Shown here: in pieces, positions 11,398 through 24,503 of the stretch
Layout: every line of letters starts with the position of its first letter
Numbering within the stretch: position 1 is the stretch's first letter
Source of the DNA: Pelomyxa schiedti
Taxonomy: Eukaryota; Protista; Evosea
NCBI GenBank assembly: GCA_020536535.1
Contig: JAHLWZ010000524.1
Location: 1-37,670 of the forward strand
Direction of reading: 5' to 3'
DNA: 37,670 nucleotides
Position numbers and translations under genes: made by a program
The notes under the pieces: model-generated
What the model was told of the DNA's origin: nothing
Databases searched by the model: none
The model's input: the letters and a program-made list of their open reading frames with translations, nothing else

Positions 11398-13405
11398 TCA
11401 TATGCGGCACTGTGCTGAGCATTGTTCCGTGGTCGGGATGAGGGACTGCGCCATCGCCGTGAATCTGTGTGAATGTAAGCTTTATTGCGGGAATGAACAA
11501 AAGCACTTGTTGAAGGTGCAAGCCTGCCACTCGGGAGTGTCGAGGCAATCCGGCAGAGACATCTGTTCGCCATTGTACACAACTCGCACGTAAAGGGCGC
11601 CTGCGCGGGGTTCTTAAAAAACAGAATAGTCTTGGAGTTGTTGCGTACCGTTGACATCGAAAAGCTCAAAGAGGATGTACGCCGCATACTTCGGCCACAG
11701 TTGGTCCCAAATTCCAAACATGCTCAGGAAAACCTCCACACTTGAATCGTGAGCCTTAATTTTAAATTTAAATCATTCGAGTTGAGAACCGGAAAATGCG
11801 AACGATACCGAGTAGAGTGACAGCTTTGGCTGGGTGTCTCCATCCACAACAGATTCCATTTGGTCGAGAATATCTCCCAAAAGCAATCCTGGTGACACGG
11901 AATGAGTTGCGAAGTGATTTCAAATGACACAAAGACACACCCATTGCAACTCTTCCGTAAGTCTGTGGATCCGGGAACGATAATTTTGTGACATCTTGCC
12001 ACAGAACCGCTTCAAATACCTTTTTTCCTTTTGGTGAATATATTTCACATGACAAGGGCTCCAGTGAGAAAGAATACTTGATTAAAGAGATCTAAGTGCT
12101 TGGTAAGATTCTCAACACAACACACAAGAGTCAAAACCTTCTGTCAACCCATCAGGAAGGGGAATGTTGTGGCATTCTCCAGACAATCCGCAGTCTCTAA
12201 AGAAGGCATGAGTATTCAATCGGCGTTAATAATGTAGACAGCACACTCGATGTCTGTTTTGGTTGGAAAGAGGTGAGTCATCGAGAAAGAATGCGGAATT
12301 CACTCACAGTTGAGCTTGACTGCACTCCCAAAAATTTCCTCCAGTTGCTTCTCCAAAGGAACAACAACGTTCGCATCGTAGTGCAACCATTCGGGTGTGA
12401 GCATTGCCTCTGTTTCGTATTTTCCCAAGCATGGACACAGGTCAGCATTTGGTAAACTTTAAAAGGTCACCAACAGTGATGTCATTAAGGAAATAGATAC
12501 AGGTCTTCTTGAGAGTCATCCATGGTGTACATATCAATCACGGTGGTTGTTGTGCCACCACCAGTTCCAGGTGGGTACAACCCATCACAAAATGCCTGAG
12601 AGTGATTTAAACAGCGAACAGGAGAGACAATGGGAGGGTGGTTGGGGAGGGGGTGCATGGGCGGACCATGGCAGACTGCTTCGTCCTCGAGTCGGAATCG
12701 TATCTCACAAACACATCGCCGGGATTGTGCTTTGGTGGCAAAAACTCAAGGTCATCGACGAAATAGCTCCGCATTGCTTCTCCGAGCTGTTTGCACTGTG
12801 TATTTCCGATGTCGGTGAGCTGGGCTGGGTGATTATTAACAGAATGCAAATTAGGTTGTGACACTGAATTTCCAATAAATAAATAAATTGGCTGACCCTT
12901 TTCACAATTTCCGGGCAGTGCATTTCTTCCGAACATGTAATGCTCCCTGTACACCCGAGGAATTGATGGTTGCGTGCCTCCAACGGTCATATCTGGGTCT
13001 CTGTAACGCAGAGTTAAAACTGTTAGTAAAGTAAGTGCAGCTCACGAAATTTGGGTCAAGGTGCAGTTCCACACATCGTCATAACCAGGCCAACATGGTG
13101 TGCGAAGCGGAACTCTGTCCCCATGTCGCGTGACCACTTGGGAAAATGTTAGACTGATTAAATCGGCGATTTCATTTAATTTTACATACAAACAGCGAAC
13201 TTTGTTGTGGCGTTGGGGGCAGGGTTATCAGGAGGGCCTGTTTGTCCGTCCGTTGATCCGCAATAGTAACTGTACGGCGCCCTTTTGTTCTGGGAAAGTG
13301 CACGTCACTACAACGTAACGGTTTTTTTGTTGTCGCGGTTCAAACAACCTTGGCAGCGATAACTCCGACCAAACACAACACCAACACCCAACAACAACAC
13401 CGCAT
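11398..13405 (-). CDS. Histidine acid phosphatase, copy B
   Basis: Signal peptide MRCCCWVLVLCLVGVIAA; TRHGDRVP (~13120); AHDSS; same exon layout as copy A; ends QCSAQCRI*. Confidence 0.9.
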
Positions 13406-13489
13406 CACCTTCTGTATCCTTAAGCAATTTTTAAAAGAAATCCCTAAGAACAGCCGTTTCGAGAACCCCAAGATCCTGACACCCCGCCA

Positions 13490-13505
13490 GGGAGTAATGC
13501 CAACA
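13490..13505. promoter_or_regulatory. Second copy of GGGAGTAATGCCAACA upstream element
   Basis: Matches 8060-8075; lies only ~20 nt past the RAD54 stop codon. Confidence 0.5.
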
Positions 13506-13526
13506 ACAAAAAAGAAAGTTTTTAAT

Positions 13527-16500
13527 TTAATCAGAAAAGTCACTATCACTGTCCTTCTTCTTGTTTGTCTTCTTGTTCTTGGTGTCACTGTAACTGTCAC
13601 TGCCACTTGCGCTGCTGGAGCTGCTGCCACTAGAGCTCTTGTTAGAGCCCTTGTAGCTTTCACTGTCACTGCCACTGCTGGAGCTCTTTTTCTTGTTCTT
13701 CTTGCTTTTGTTGCTGTTGTTGTCACTTGATGAGCCGCTGTCACTGTCACTGCCGCTGCCGCTGCTGCTGTCCTTTATGTCCACGTAGCTCTTCTCCCTG
13801 GTTCGTTTCTGACCTGGTCTCACATCCACTTCGTCAGAGTCATCATCACTGTCACTGAGGGTGATAACGGGCCGGGGTGGGGTGCCACTGTCGGGTGCTG
13901 CAGCAGCAGCAGTAGCAGTTGTTTTTGGTATCACAGGTGATGTGGTTTTGGTGGAACTGGTGGTACTGTTGCTGGAAGCTGCTGGTTTTGCTGGTTCTTC
14001 GGCGGAAGTGTTTACAGAGGCACTGGAGTTCTGGTTGGATTCACGGTTAGCCCTTTGTGCTGCTCGGGTTGCTGCCCTTGTTGTTGCTCTAGTTGTTCTG
14101 GGAGCAGTTTTTGTTGCTGGGTTGCTAGTTACTGAGGTAGTGGATGCGGCACTCGTTTTTGTTGTTGTTGAGACTGAGGTTGTGGTACCCGCAGTTACAG
14201 AAGGTGCGGTTGTTGTGGAGTCAGATGGGCGTTCTGCTGGAGCCGCATCAAGGTCTGTTCGTTCCGTTGGTTTCACGTCATTGGAAGAGTTTTTGGGCTT
14301 CACAGTTGTTGCATTTGGTTCCTTTGACTTCACATTTTTTACCACCTTTTTGGCAGTTGGTTTAGTTGTTCTTCCTTTATCGTTGCCATCACTTTCATCA
14401 TCACTCTCACTCCCACTGGAAGAATCGTCTTCATCATCACTGCCATCGCTTCCACTTCCATCATCACTTCCTTTCTTAACATCTTCATCATCACTGCCTA
14501 CTTCTCTCTCACATGGATCTTCAGTGGCTTCTATTTGAGCTTTGCCGTCAACATGATTCGAGAACATGAATGACACCACCCCATCAGGCATTTCATGGAA
14601 TATAGGGTCTGACGTAGCGTGCATGTCAGCGTGATGCTGCCAGGTAGAAACGAGGTCAATGTTCAGTTTCTTTCCTTTGGTTGTGTACATGACTCGTGTA
14701 GGGGCGCCACATGACCTGATAAAAGGTAAATTTGTTTGCTTAAATGCATTTAAGTACAATACCGGCACTGAAGAAGATCATGAGTCTCGCTTATGGTGTC
14801 TGGAACGTACTTAAACAAGTCTTTCAGTTCGGTACTGCTAAACTGTGATTCCACTTCTGTGTTCTTATCTACCACACTTGAGGAAAGCGTCAGTTTGCTC
14901 ATCTGCCTCTGGAAAATCTTTTCTTCAATTGTGCCAGTTGCAAGAGTTCGGTATATCCTCACAAGGGAGCTTTTTTGTCCGTCACGCCATACTCGAGCCA
15001 TGGCCTGGAGTGAAATTAGTTTCTCCGGAGTTTGGAATGTAAAAATCATACTTGGTCATCATTTGCTGGATTCCAGTCCGGGTCGAACATAATGAGGTGG
15101 CATGCTCCAATAAGATTTAGTCCACAGCCACCAGCTTTGGAACTCAGCAAGAAAATCTGGGAGAATTTCAGGAGGTAAATAGAAGGAACCTGAAGGCACA
15201 CAAATTCCGGAGCTTGAGGATTATTGAACATGTCAACAAATTGTTGTCTCTTTGGCACGGACAGAGATCCATCAAGCTGAAAGAATGGATAGTTCTTGTA
15301 TTTACACCATGTGGCCATCGCCTCCAACGTTTGTGTGTAGTTCGAAACAATTACAATCTGTTCGGGAGATTAGCTTCAGACCACGCTGCCAAAAGCCAAG
15401 GAAACCTTCTCCTTCGCCGCGCGAATTTTCTTCAGCAAGTAATCCACGAACCTCATTTTTCCACTCAACATTGTGTCCATTATATACTTCGGGTTGGCTT
15501 GCAACGGTAAATGCGCCGGGAAAAGAGAGTGAATCCAAGGGAATGTCCCTTCCACACATATATCCCGAAGTTGGGAAGGGTGATTACACAGTTTCTTGAG
15601 GGCAGATATCATTTGCAAGGCTGCATCTTTTTCCACTTCAGTGCGCTTTACGAGTCCTGTGTATAGCTGCTCTTGAAGAGGTGTCATTCTGAATTTGATT
15701 AGGTTAAATTTCGCCAATTAGGATTGAGGGGGCTCAACTTGCAGAATACTGTGAATTCTGTTTTGGCCGGAAGGTATTGCTGGTTGATGGTGTTGCTTCT
15801 CCTTAATATGAATTGTTCTGTGATTCTGATGAGCTCGTCTTGTCTCGCTGCACTATTCTCACGCTCCTGAGGGGTGGCCAGCTTGTCTCTTCCTTTGAGA
15901 ATAGGTTCAGCAAAAACCTAAAAACCTTCAATGAGAGGCTACGGTGAAATGGGAGTCAATACATTTCTAAAAGTCAGCTGTTCACCCAAAATTCCGGGAT
16001 TAACAAAGTTGACCATGGCATAGAATTCGTCCAGGTCATTTTGTATTGGTGTGCCTGAAAGAATTATCCTTCTCGGAGTTGGTAGAGATGCCACAGCTTG
16101 AGCGGTCTTGATGTTATTGTTCTTCAACTTGTGACCTTCATCACAAATAACAAGACCAATTCTTGGGAAGGTTGATAGAAAGTAATGTTTTCCTATGCCG
16201 CACATACTTCACAGGGATGAGCTTTTTTACTCTGATTTTCAGTTGATCATAAGATATTACCATGACAGAAGTATCTCCAGAAGTAAACTGTGCTAGCACT
16301 CTATTTACTTTGGCACTTGAAGAACCAATTGATGCAACTTTTAATTGTCCGCCCTAAGTGGGATAAAAAATAAAGTGAGGCTGCAGAGGGTGTGTTCTCT
16401 TACCAGCCACTTGTTGATTTCTTTTTCCCAGTTGGACACAAGACTACTGGGTGCCACAATCAGAGCTTTTTGGACCACTGGATTCCCGTCAATTCTAGAG

Positions 16501-17914
16501 TGCCGTTGAGTGTGGAGCAATACACAAAGTCATACCCTTGTCTCACAAGAGTCCAAAGGAGTGTGATGGCCTGAATTGTTTTTCCAAGTCCCATTCCGTC
16601 AGCCAGAATGCAGCCCTTACCGTTGTAGTGATGCAATCCCATAGTACAATCGAACATGAATTTGACACCATCCCTTTGATGAGGACGCAAGCACTTGGAC
16701 AACACTGGATCAACTACAACTGCCACCTTGAAACAATGTGAAAAAAAGTTCTATTTGAAGGGTTGGTACCTTGCCAGACATTGGAAGGGGATTGTACAGA
16801 ACAAGAGAACCTGGAGCCAGTGGATCGTGGAGTGGTTCATTTGCTCTTCGAGGTTTTTTAGGCCCACCTTTCCAGGGTGGTTGCCATCCTGATGGTCTCC
16901 GATCAACTGAAGAGCTGGTGAGGAAAAGACAGGAAACGGAGTATTGTGAATAATGGATTAGAATCTCACTGACTCGAAACACACCAGGGGCTACATAGCC
17001 CGGAACGGGACGCAACAATGCGGACACCTTTGATTCAGGCGGTACTTCAACCTCAGGCTCTTTTCCAGAAGGTTCTGTTGCAACCTCTATAGGGGCCTTG
17101 GCCAGGAATACACTTCCATTTTGATAGTCAGAGTGAGGTACTTGCGGTCCAATTTTAACTCGCTTATTTCCAATGGCAACAACACTGCCAGGTAAAAACA
17201 CAGCAACTTTGCTCTTGATGCGCACACGTTGCAGCTGATGGTCCGTTAGCAACATAGAAAAGCCGGTATCAAAGAGACATCACACCTTTATGTCATAATT
17301 TTCCTTGCTTGGGACAGTCTTTTCCTCCCTCGTCAAAGCTGCAGTGCCAACAGACTTCGAAGACCTTGTCAACAACCTGCACTGAGCGAATCCCACTTCC
17401 AGCAAGCCAACCACCCAGTCGCCTCCGCCGCCGTTCTTCCCCTTTGACAGCGGGGCCCTCCACCCAGACCAGTAATACAGCGGCTTGTCATTCGTATTCA
17501 AAGCCACGCTGAGCTCGCCCAGGCCCTCCGCGCTCTCCATTTTGTCGCCATCTTCTTCCTCTCCGCTGCCGCTGCCACTGCCGCTGCCACTGCCGCTGTC
17601 GTCGCTGCCGGCCTCGCCGGCCTTGGCCTTTGCTTTCTCTTTGGCTTCTGCTTCCTTGAGCAACTTCTCGACCAACTGCAGCGGGTTCATCTTGGATTTT
17701 GCCCTCTCTGCTGCCAAGTACGACTGAAACGCCGTCTGGTCCAGCTACATAAAAATATGGGGCCATTAAGAGGAGCAAAATAAAAACAAAGTTCAGTGAG
17801 TGAACAAAAGAATAGGCGACGATGGCGTCGTTAGACAAGTACGAGTGTTGTCGTGTTTTGTCGTACCCTGCGGATCTTACGGAGGCGTTCCGACGGCTGC
17901 TCGTCTCTACGCAT
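13527..17914 (-). CDS. RAD54: RAD54/RAD54B-like SNF2 DNA translocase with long low-complexity C-terminal tail
   Basis: N-terminus [11 protein letters not shown]; [98 protein letters not shown]. The N-terminal region (YYWSGWRAP...[14 protein letters not shown]) looks more like RAD54B/Rdh54. Confidence 0.9.
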
Positions 17915-18189
17915 TTTACTTCGTTGCAGATTTTAGATTTCAAATTTCATCACAGTCAAAACTCAAAGTACACAAACTCGGCCTTGCTTGCGAGGGTCTG
18001 AAGTCTGGCGCACTTTAGCGGGATTGGAGAGACTGAGGACTGAGCCGAATCTGGACTATTACAGTTAGTTTTCACAGCAATGCTGGCTTAAAACTGGGAG
18101 GTGCTCATGTTCCTGTACATTCTACTTCATTGGCTTCTCCCTGTGGGATCCTGCTTTGACCCCTCTATTGAGCTCTGCTCCTTTTCAAT

Positions 18190-18359
18190 CTGAAAGGCAG
18201 AAACATGAGGATAATGAAATGAAGCAGAAAGAATTCCAATCTGCCAAGGTTGCTCTCAAGAGAGTTTTACTCCTTTTTCCTTTCTTTCAGGAGTCAGACT
18301 TGGCAGATTGAAATTCCTTTGGCTTCATTTCATTATCCTCATGTTTTTCAGCTTTTCAG
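18190..18359. repeat. Long imperfect inverted repeat (fold-back hairpin); candidate pre-miRNA-like ncRNA or MITE
   Basis: Arms 18190-18248 and 18299-18359 are reverse-complementary, with a perfect 25-bp core 18201-18225 / 18322-18346. Confidence 0.85.
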
Positions 18360-18641
18360 GAAAAAAAGAATAAGTCAACTTACACAAATCTATGTCTATG
18401 GGCAGCCATTGCCAGATTAAGCTTTCAATAACGGCATCTAATGCAATCGGCTTGTGTCACTGGAAACTTAATGTCCTGTGATGTGGGTGGGGGTATAGGT
18501 GTTAACTTCCACATGGGTGGCCTGGCAAATGCGCTAGAAATTGGCTGTTAAGTGATATTGCCTACCATGAAGTGCAAGCCTGCAAAACAGATGGAGGGGA
18601 AGTGGACCTTATGACTTGCAGTTGGGGGGAGCTCAGAGAAG

Positions 18642-18893
18642 TCAGCCGGTTGCGATTTTCTGGTGATGGCGAATCTTGTGTGCACCAAGAGTTGCAGGGA
18701 ATAGTGTATTTAAACCCCCACTGCATTGTGTTTGTTGTTCCCCTGGTTCTCCCACCTGTGGTGGGGTCTCGGCTGTAGGTGACAATGGTGGTGCGGGGAG
18801 TGTGTGTGGTGCATCATGCCTTTGTTCTTCCTCATCACTCTCACTCAACTCCTCTTCTGACGCGGATCTATGTGCCTCTGAGTCTGTCGACAT
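18642..18893 (-). CDS. Possible short acidic/Pro-rich hypothetical protein or first exon
   Basis: ATG-initiated 83-aa ORF (MSTDSEAHRSASEEELSESDEEEQ) downstream of a poly-T tract; no recognisable domain. Confidence 0.3.
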   Translation of the reverse strand: MSTDSEAHRSASEEELSESDEEEQRHDAPHTLPAPPLSPTAETPPQVGEPGEQQTQCSGGLNTLFPATLGAHKIRHHQKIATG

Positions 18894-19511
18894 ATGTTGC
18901 TTGTGGTTGAATTTTTGTTATAGTGGCAACTGTAAGTTGGATTACACATCAAAAAAAAAAAAAAAAAAAAACAAGGGAGGAATGCGTGCGAAAAGAAAAA
19001 GAGATCGGTGAAGGCGATGGATCTGGAGACACACATGTTCCTCATCTGAACAAAACGATCAACAATGAATCTTGCCAATGGCGATGTCGGCTGTAGTGGC
19101 ATATCGTCACTTCACTTTGTTTTTTTGTTTCTTTTATGCTCCGTTTTCTTGGTTTTCGCTGTGATGTACAATATCAACACCTGGGTAATGAAATTTCAAC
19201 ATCAAGAGGGTGCTTTCCGATTTTACAACTGGAATGCACAGCTGAATAGCACAGCAGCATCAAAGTACCCTGTTGCTCTTCTTCCCAACTGTAGGTGTGG
19301 ATGGAATGGGATGTGCAACTTTGGTTGAGGACATAACAAATTTAAAAGGAAGCACTTGTCGCGTTTTTTTTTTTTTGTATACAAACCTACTCAAGAAAAA
19401 AAAGTGATGAACTCTCATCAAATCTTCAACGTTTTAAAGACGAAGAAACAAAGTGCACAAGATACAGAAACACAAAGGAGCAGGGCATAAATAAACCAAA
19501 GGGGGGTGTTC

Positions 19512-22500
19512 TCAAGCCACTAACTTCTTCAGTGCTTCACCAATCTGCTTGTCCGCAAGAAGTTCCTGTGCAACATGGTCAGAATGCGGAAAGCACTATT
19601 AGAAAAGGAGAGGAATTACCGCTAATTTGGGATAATTGTCAGAGTTGGGGAGCTTGATTATGTTTGCGATGGTGCTCATCACGTTTTCTCGGATTTCGGC
19701 CTCGTGGAGGGCGTCGTCTGTTTTCTTGGTCTCTTCCTTGGTTGTGGCCACAAGAGGCGGCAGGATAATGTCGAGTGCTTGTTTTCGAGTTAGCGGTAAG
19801 AAAAAGGCTTGATAGTGCAGCGGAAACCTTCAAAAATGGAGGCGGGCGACACGGCCATAACGGAATTAAGGATCCTGCAGCAGGTGTTTCGAATATCATA
19901 AACATCAGTCAACCCCGGCTGGATAGCGCGGATCAGTGTGGGCATGTCCAGTCTTGGGGAAAAATGTAAGTGGAAAGGAAAAAGGTTGTTGAGCCGTACT
20001 TGTCAATCAAAGACTTGCACAATAAGGCAACAATTTCATAGGCGTCTTTCCTTGCTGCAAGAGCATCATCGACTGTGACCTTCATGAAACCGAGATCCAC
20101 AATGCTTATGTACTCTTTCTGGTGCGGTGTCGGTTGAATAATACCCAAAATAGGACGAACCTTGGGAGGTAACTCGGCATAGAGGGCCCCAAGATACTGT
20201 ACAATTATTCCCCTGAGCATCTTCGGGTGATTTGCAGCAATTTGCCTCACGGTCTGCAGTGCACGCTCACGAACACCTAGTTGCTTCGTTTTATCGTCGT
20301 GGGCGTACGAGATGAGATTGAGGATTGGTGCAACGTGAGGCGCAACAGCGGCAATGATCGGCTGCAATTTGGTTGGTTGGGAGAACAATCAGGATCGTGG
20401 AAGTACCTCGGTGTGTTCCTCGGAAAGCGCGAACCTTATAGCGGCAACCATTGTACCTCTCTTACCACTCGACCTACTTTCAAGGGAGTCCGCAATTGCT
20501 GCAATAATGCTCTGTGGAGGCGCACTTCCGCCAGAAACGGCAACGCTTACACCAACTCCTGAAGTAGCAGCCAGTTTTCCAAGAACTTCCGCAACAGTGT
20601 CACGTGTGGCAACATCATCAGCATCGCAGTGACGGAACAGAAGTCTGGTGATTTGGTCAACATGTGGCTTGAGGGTATCTGCACGAGATCGTACTATCTG
20701 CAGATAAAGAAAATCTGAGAAGAGAAAACTTGATATTGGAACAGACCTCACGAAGGGAGACGAGAAGAAGTCTCTGAATTGAAGAGGACCCAGAAGACAT
20801 CTGCTCCAGCACAAATGGCAGGAATGTCTCCAAATTGCCCAGTGCTACACCTCCAATTGCCATGGCCGCTGCATGCTTGCTCTACGAAGAAATTGGTTGG
20901 AATACAAAGCTGGTGTTTAGTTGGAGGAACCTCAGGGGTTCCAGTTGAGAAAAGCGCAAATAAATCTTGAAGAATGGTTGGGATGCCAGCAAGGCTTTTT
21001 CGCTTCCCGACTTGCCCAAGGAATAGGAGAGCAAGTGTCCTCATCTGTAGGAGGGGGATTACTTACAGACAAACATAGATTAATTGTAATACATTGTCTT
21101 CTCTTGTTTTTGCGTCTCGCACCAGTTGAGTGATTACGCCATCAACTGCCCGTGTATTGGGGCAACTTGAGACAATTGCGCCAACACATTCGGCAACAAC
21201 TGTTGCCACCTAAAAGAAAAAGTTGTTGTGAATTCTTTTTTGCAAAAGATGCCTTAATACCTGCTTGGTATTTGACGTGTCACCTTTGGCAATTACCATC
21301 ACAGACTCCAAGAATTGTTGGAAGGGCAATGCTGGGGCTGCAGTCTTCACCAATTCACTATAAAATTGGAGAAGTGCCTGAGGGAGCATAAGTGCCTCAA
21401 TTAAAAGGAAAATATTACCTGAAGAGCAGCACCTTGCAACATGGCACCTTCTATCAGCTTTAACGTTTGGGGAATAAGCTTCTCTTGCATCGCTGGCACA
21501 ATGGCTGCTTGTTGCACTTTGAGTACTGCAAGCATTGATTAGAAAAAAAATCTCTCTGAGATAGTCCATACAGGAATGCGCAAGATTCAAAGCCGTGCTC
21601 ACAAAGAAAAGATCCGAAGACCGCGTGGATATTAATACAGCTATCTCATTTGAGATCGCAGGACTGTGCTTTGGTACCGCCGGATCGCGGCCATAGGCTT
21701 TTAGAATTTCGATAAGAGCCAACACAGTAAAATCTTGGAGCTCCTTATCAATCTTGGAGAGTGTGAAAGTTTAGGGGAAAAAATCCGAAGGAGAGAAATG
21801 GCACCTTCTTGAGGAAAAGTGACATTTCGTGAAGAATTTCATTCAGGTGTGGGGCAAAAGATGCCTTGTTGGATTCAATAATAAGTGGAATCACCTGAAA
21901 GGGAATGAGGAACAAAGATTTGAAGACTGTGGTGTGCTTCACCTTTACGACGGCCGTTCGGGCAACTTCCCCACTAAGCTTGGAAACAAGGAGTTTCAGG
22001 CAATCCCCCAATTTTGGCATGGCATCACCAGCAGCTGCGACCATGTGTCCAAGGGCAACCATAGCGCATTCTTTTACTTCTTGGTCAGATGAGGGCGAAT
22101 TGGCTTGTTTCACAAGAGCAGTGTAAAGGGGTTCTATGAAAGGTCTAAAGTCGAACGTCGATCCCTAGAGGTGAGTCAATACGATGACTAATACAAGTCC
22201 AAAGAGGCAGCACCTCAGGTCGGATGACGTGAACGAAAGCCGTGGCGAGATGCAAAGCTTCAGCAGCCACTCGATTCATTGGATCGACAATGGTCTTGAA
22301 GAGGTGCGGAGCAACAACAGCCACTTGAGGCTGCAATGTGGCAGGTGGATAAGTTTCCATGACCATCCACAAAAAGGAGAGACTGTGGATTTTGAGTGGA
22401 GCTGTTCCTCCTTCCTGGTTCTACCTTAGCACCTACAAAAGGCAAAAAGGTGTCTCACCAATGTCTGAATAACAGCTGGTACAAGATCACCGAAGTGAGT

Positions 22501-24503
22501 TCCCAGACAACCAGGGAGGGTTGCATTCAGCTCCTTCAGCACAGGGAACACACCAGCTTTTACCTGTAGGTTGATTTTAGAAAGTCGTTTTACCTTGCAA
22601 CTTAAAAAGGAAATAACCTTAGCTGAGCGAGACTTTAGGGCTCTTGCAAGACCAGCCAGGAAAGGCGTCACAATTTTTGCAAACAATCCAGACACTCTAC
22701 GCAAAAGAATGAGAGGAAAAGTAAGGTAGCACGCTGTTACCGCGCTTCAGCTTCTTCATCATGAACAAAACTCTTTGCTTTGATGAAAGCAATCAAGGTT
22801 TGAAGCAAATCCAACTGTATTTTTCAGTAATTTTAGTCGTCGATAATGGTTTGAAGCTGCACTAACCTTAACATCTTCAACTTTTTCTCCTTTAACCCTC
22901 CCAATTAATGCTGTTGCATGGCCTATTGGGAGATCAACCAGAACCTCGGGGTGGGATTGAAAAACAGCCCCTAGTGTCTTCACGGCCCCCTTTCGAACTC
23001 GGTATACAACGTCATTATCATCGTCATCTGGTACTTCATCCTCTTCATCTTCTGCTGGCTCCTCCTCTTCCCTGAATAGGTTGTTAAAAATTAAGAGAAA
23101 AAGATGTGTGAACTCACTCTGGTTCCTCCTCCATGTCAGCGTCAGCAGCATCACCGTCATCAAAGAGAGGTTCGTATGAAACAAACTGGAAGCACAGCTC
23201 AAGGATATTAGGAAGGAAGGGAGTAATCTGCTTTGGGCAATACACTGCAAGAGAGGTAAAGGACTGCAAATATGTTAATGGCATTTCTCCTTTAGGAAAG
23301 TTACAGAGAAACAGTTTTCACGTGTTTCTTGATCAGAGGCCTTTGCGGATGTATGCTTTGCAATGTAGGGAACAATTCTGGCCAAGAAGGGTCCAAACCG
23401 ATTACCAACAGAGTGGCTTACCAAAAATGTAAATTTGTTGGGGTCCAGTTGAGGATGGTAACCTTAAAACTCCCAGGCACTGAATGTTGGTACGAATGTT
23501 ATCTGGACGGGTGGCAGCTTCTGCGGATCTGATAAGTTCCTGCATAAATGCCGTGAAGAGGTTATCTGGAACTACAACAACTAATTGTCCTGGTCTCCTA
23601 TCAGTGAAGGACAAAGGATAGAGTCGCCATACCCAAGCAAGTAATAGCTCGTTTCTGAGTTGCACTGGAGCTCGAGGACACTTGTTTAAGAGCAGCATCC
23701 AGCAAAGGTTTGTGGAGCGCATTCATAGAGCGACCAAAGCGACGAATAAGTTCCGTAAGAATCTCCAGAGCGGCCATTTTGATGGGTTGAGATTCGGCCT
23801 AACTGGTGTTAGGTACAAGCAATGAATTTTTGGCTTACAGTGGTAACAGCTTGAATTAATTTCGGCGCTTGTCTATCAAGAAGAACTTCGCGGATAACTG
23901 GTGAGGTGAGTGGCAGGTCGTTGATGATGTTCTGAATAAAAGTTAAAAAAAAATATGGAAGGAGTAAATTTGAGTTACTCGTAGAGCAATAGTAACGGTA
24001 TCTCTGCTGTCATCACTTCGGGGATCAATAAGATCCTCCATTAGTGAAAGAACTATTCTCTCAGTTTGGGCTCGATCAACGCGCTTAACGAGAGGACCAA
24101 TGCTGAGGTACCAAGTTAGGAAGTGAGGTGCGGCCCGATAGGTGAGTACCATTTAATTGCTTGTTCTTGTACATTATTGTGTGTATCTTTCAGCAGTTGC
24201 ATGACAGAATCCACGACTTTCTGCGCGTCTTTAGAAAGGGACATGATGAAGGACAACGTAAATAAACCTTTTCCTGTGCTGGGTCAATTTTAAAAGTATC
24301 CTTTTCCAGTTCCCGAGCCAAGTCTCTTCCTGCCATGTCTCGGTAGTCATTATCTCTGTTTGCACACTACCGCCGTTGTTAGCAACAAATCCAAAGGAGG
24401 GGAGAAAAAAAAGTGCTTGCAAAAGGGTCGGGGAAATAATAATAAAATAAAAACCGGAACAACCACACACTTTGTCGTAGAAACCGGTGTATGAGAACGA
24501 CAT
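19512..24503 (-). CDS. CAND1: Cullin-associated NEDD8-dissociated protein 1 (HEAT repeats), about 20 introns
   Basis: N-term RDNDYRDMAGRDL, NNVQEQAIKCIGPLVKRV; acidic loop DDDDNDVVYRVRKGAVKTL; SDQEVKECAM; MAIGGVALGNLETFLPFVL; C-term IVDLGFMKVTVDDALAARKDAYE. Confidence 0.92.

Noticed and set aside
13340-14538. Antisense and alternate-frame ORFs over the RAD54 tail
   Set aside because: Shadow ORFs from low-complexity, stop-poor sequence.
20380-20400. In-frame TGA between consecutive CAND1 ORFs (readthrough, selenocysteine or code change)
   Set aside because: It lies in a 45-nt in-frame GT-AG intron (GTACTTCC...TTGCAG); other genes end in TGA normally.
2583-24503. F-box gene and CAND1 as a ubiquitin-ligase gene cluster
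   Set aside because: About 14 kb apart with unrelated genes between; chance proximity is sufficient.
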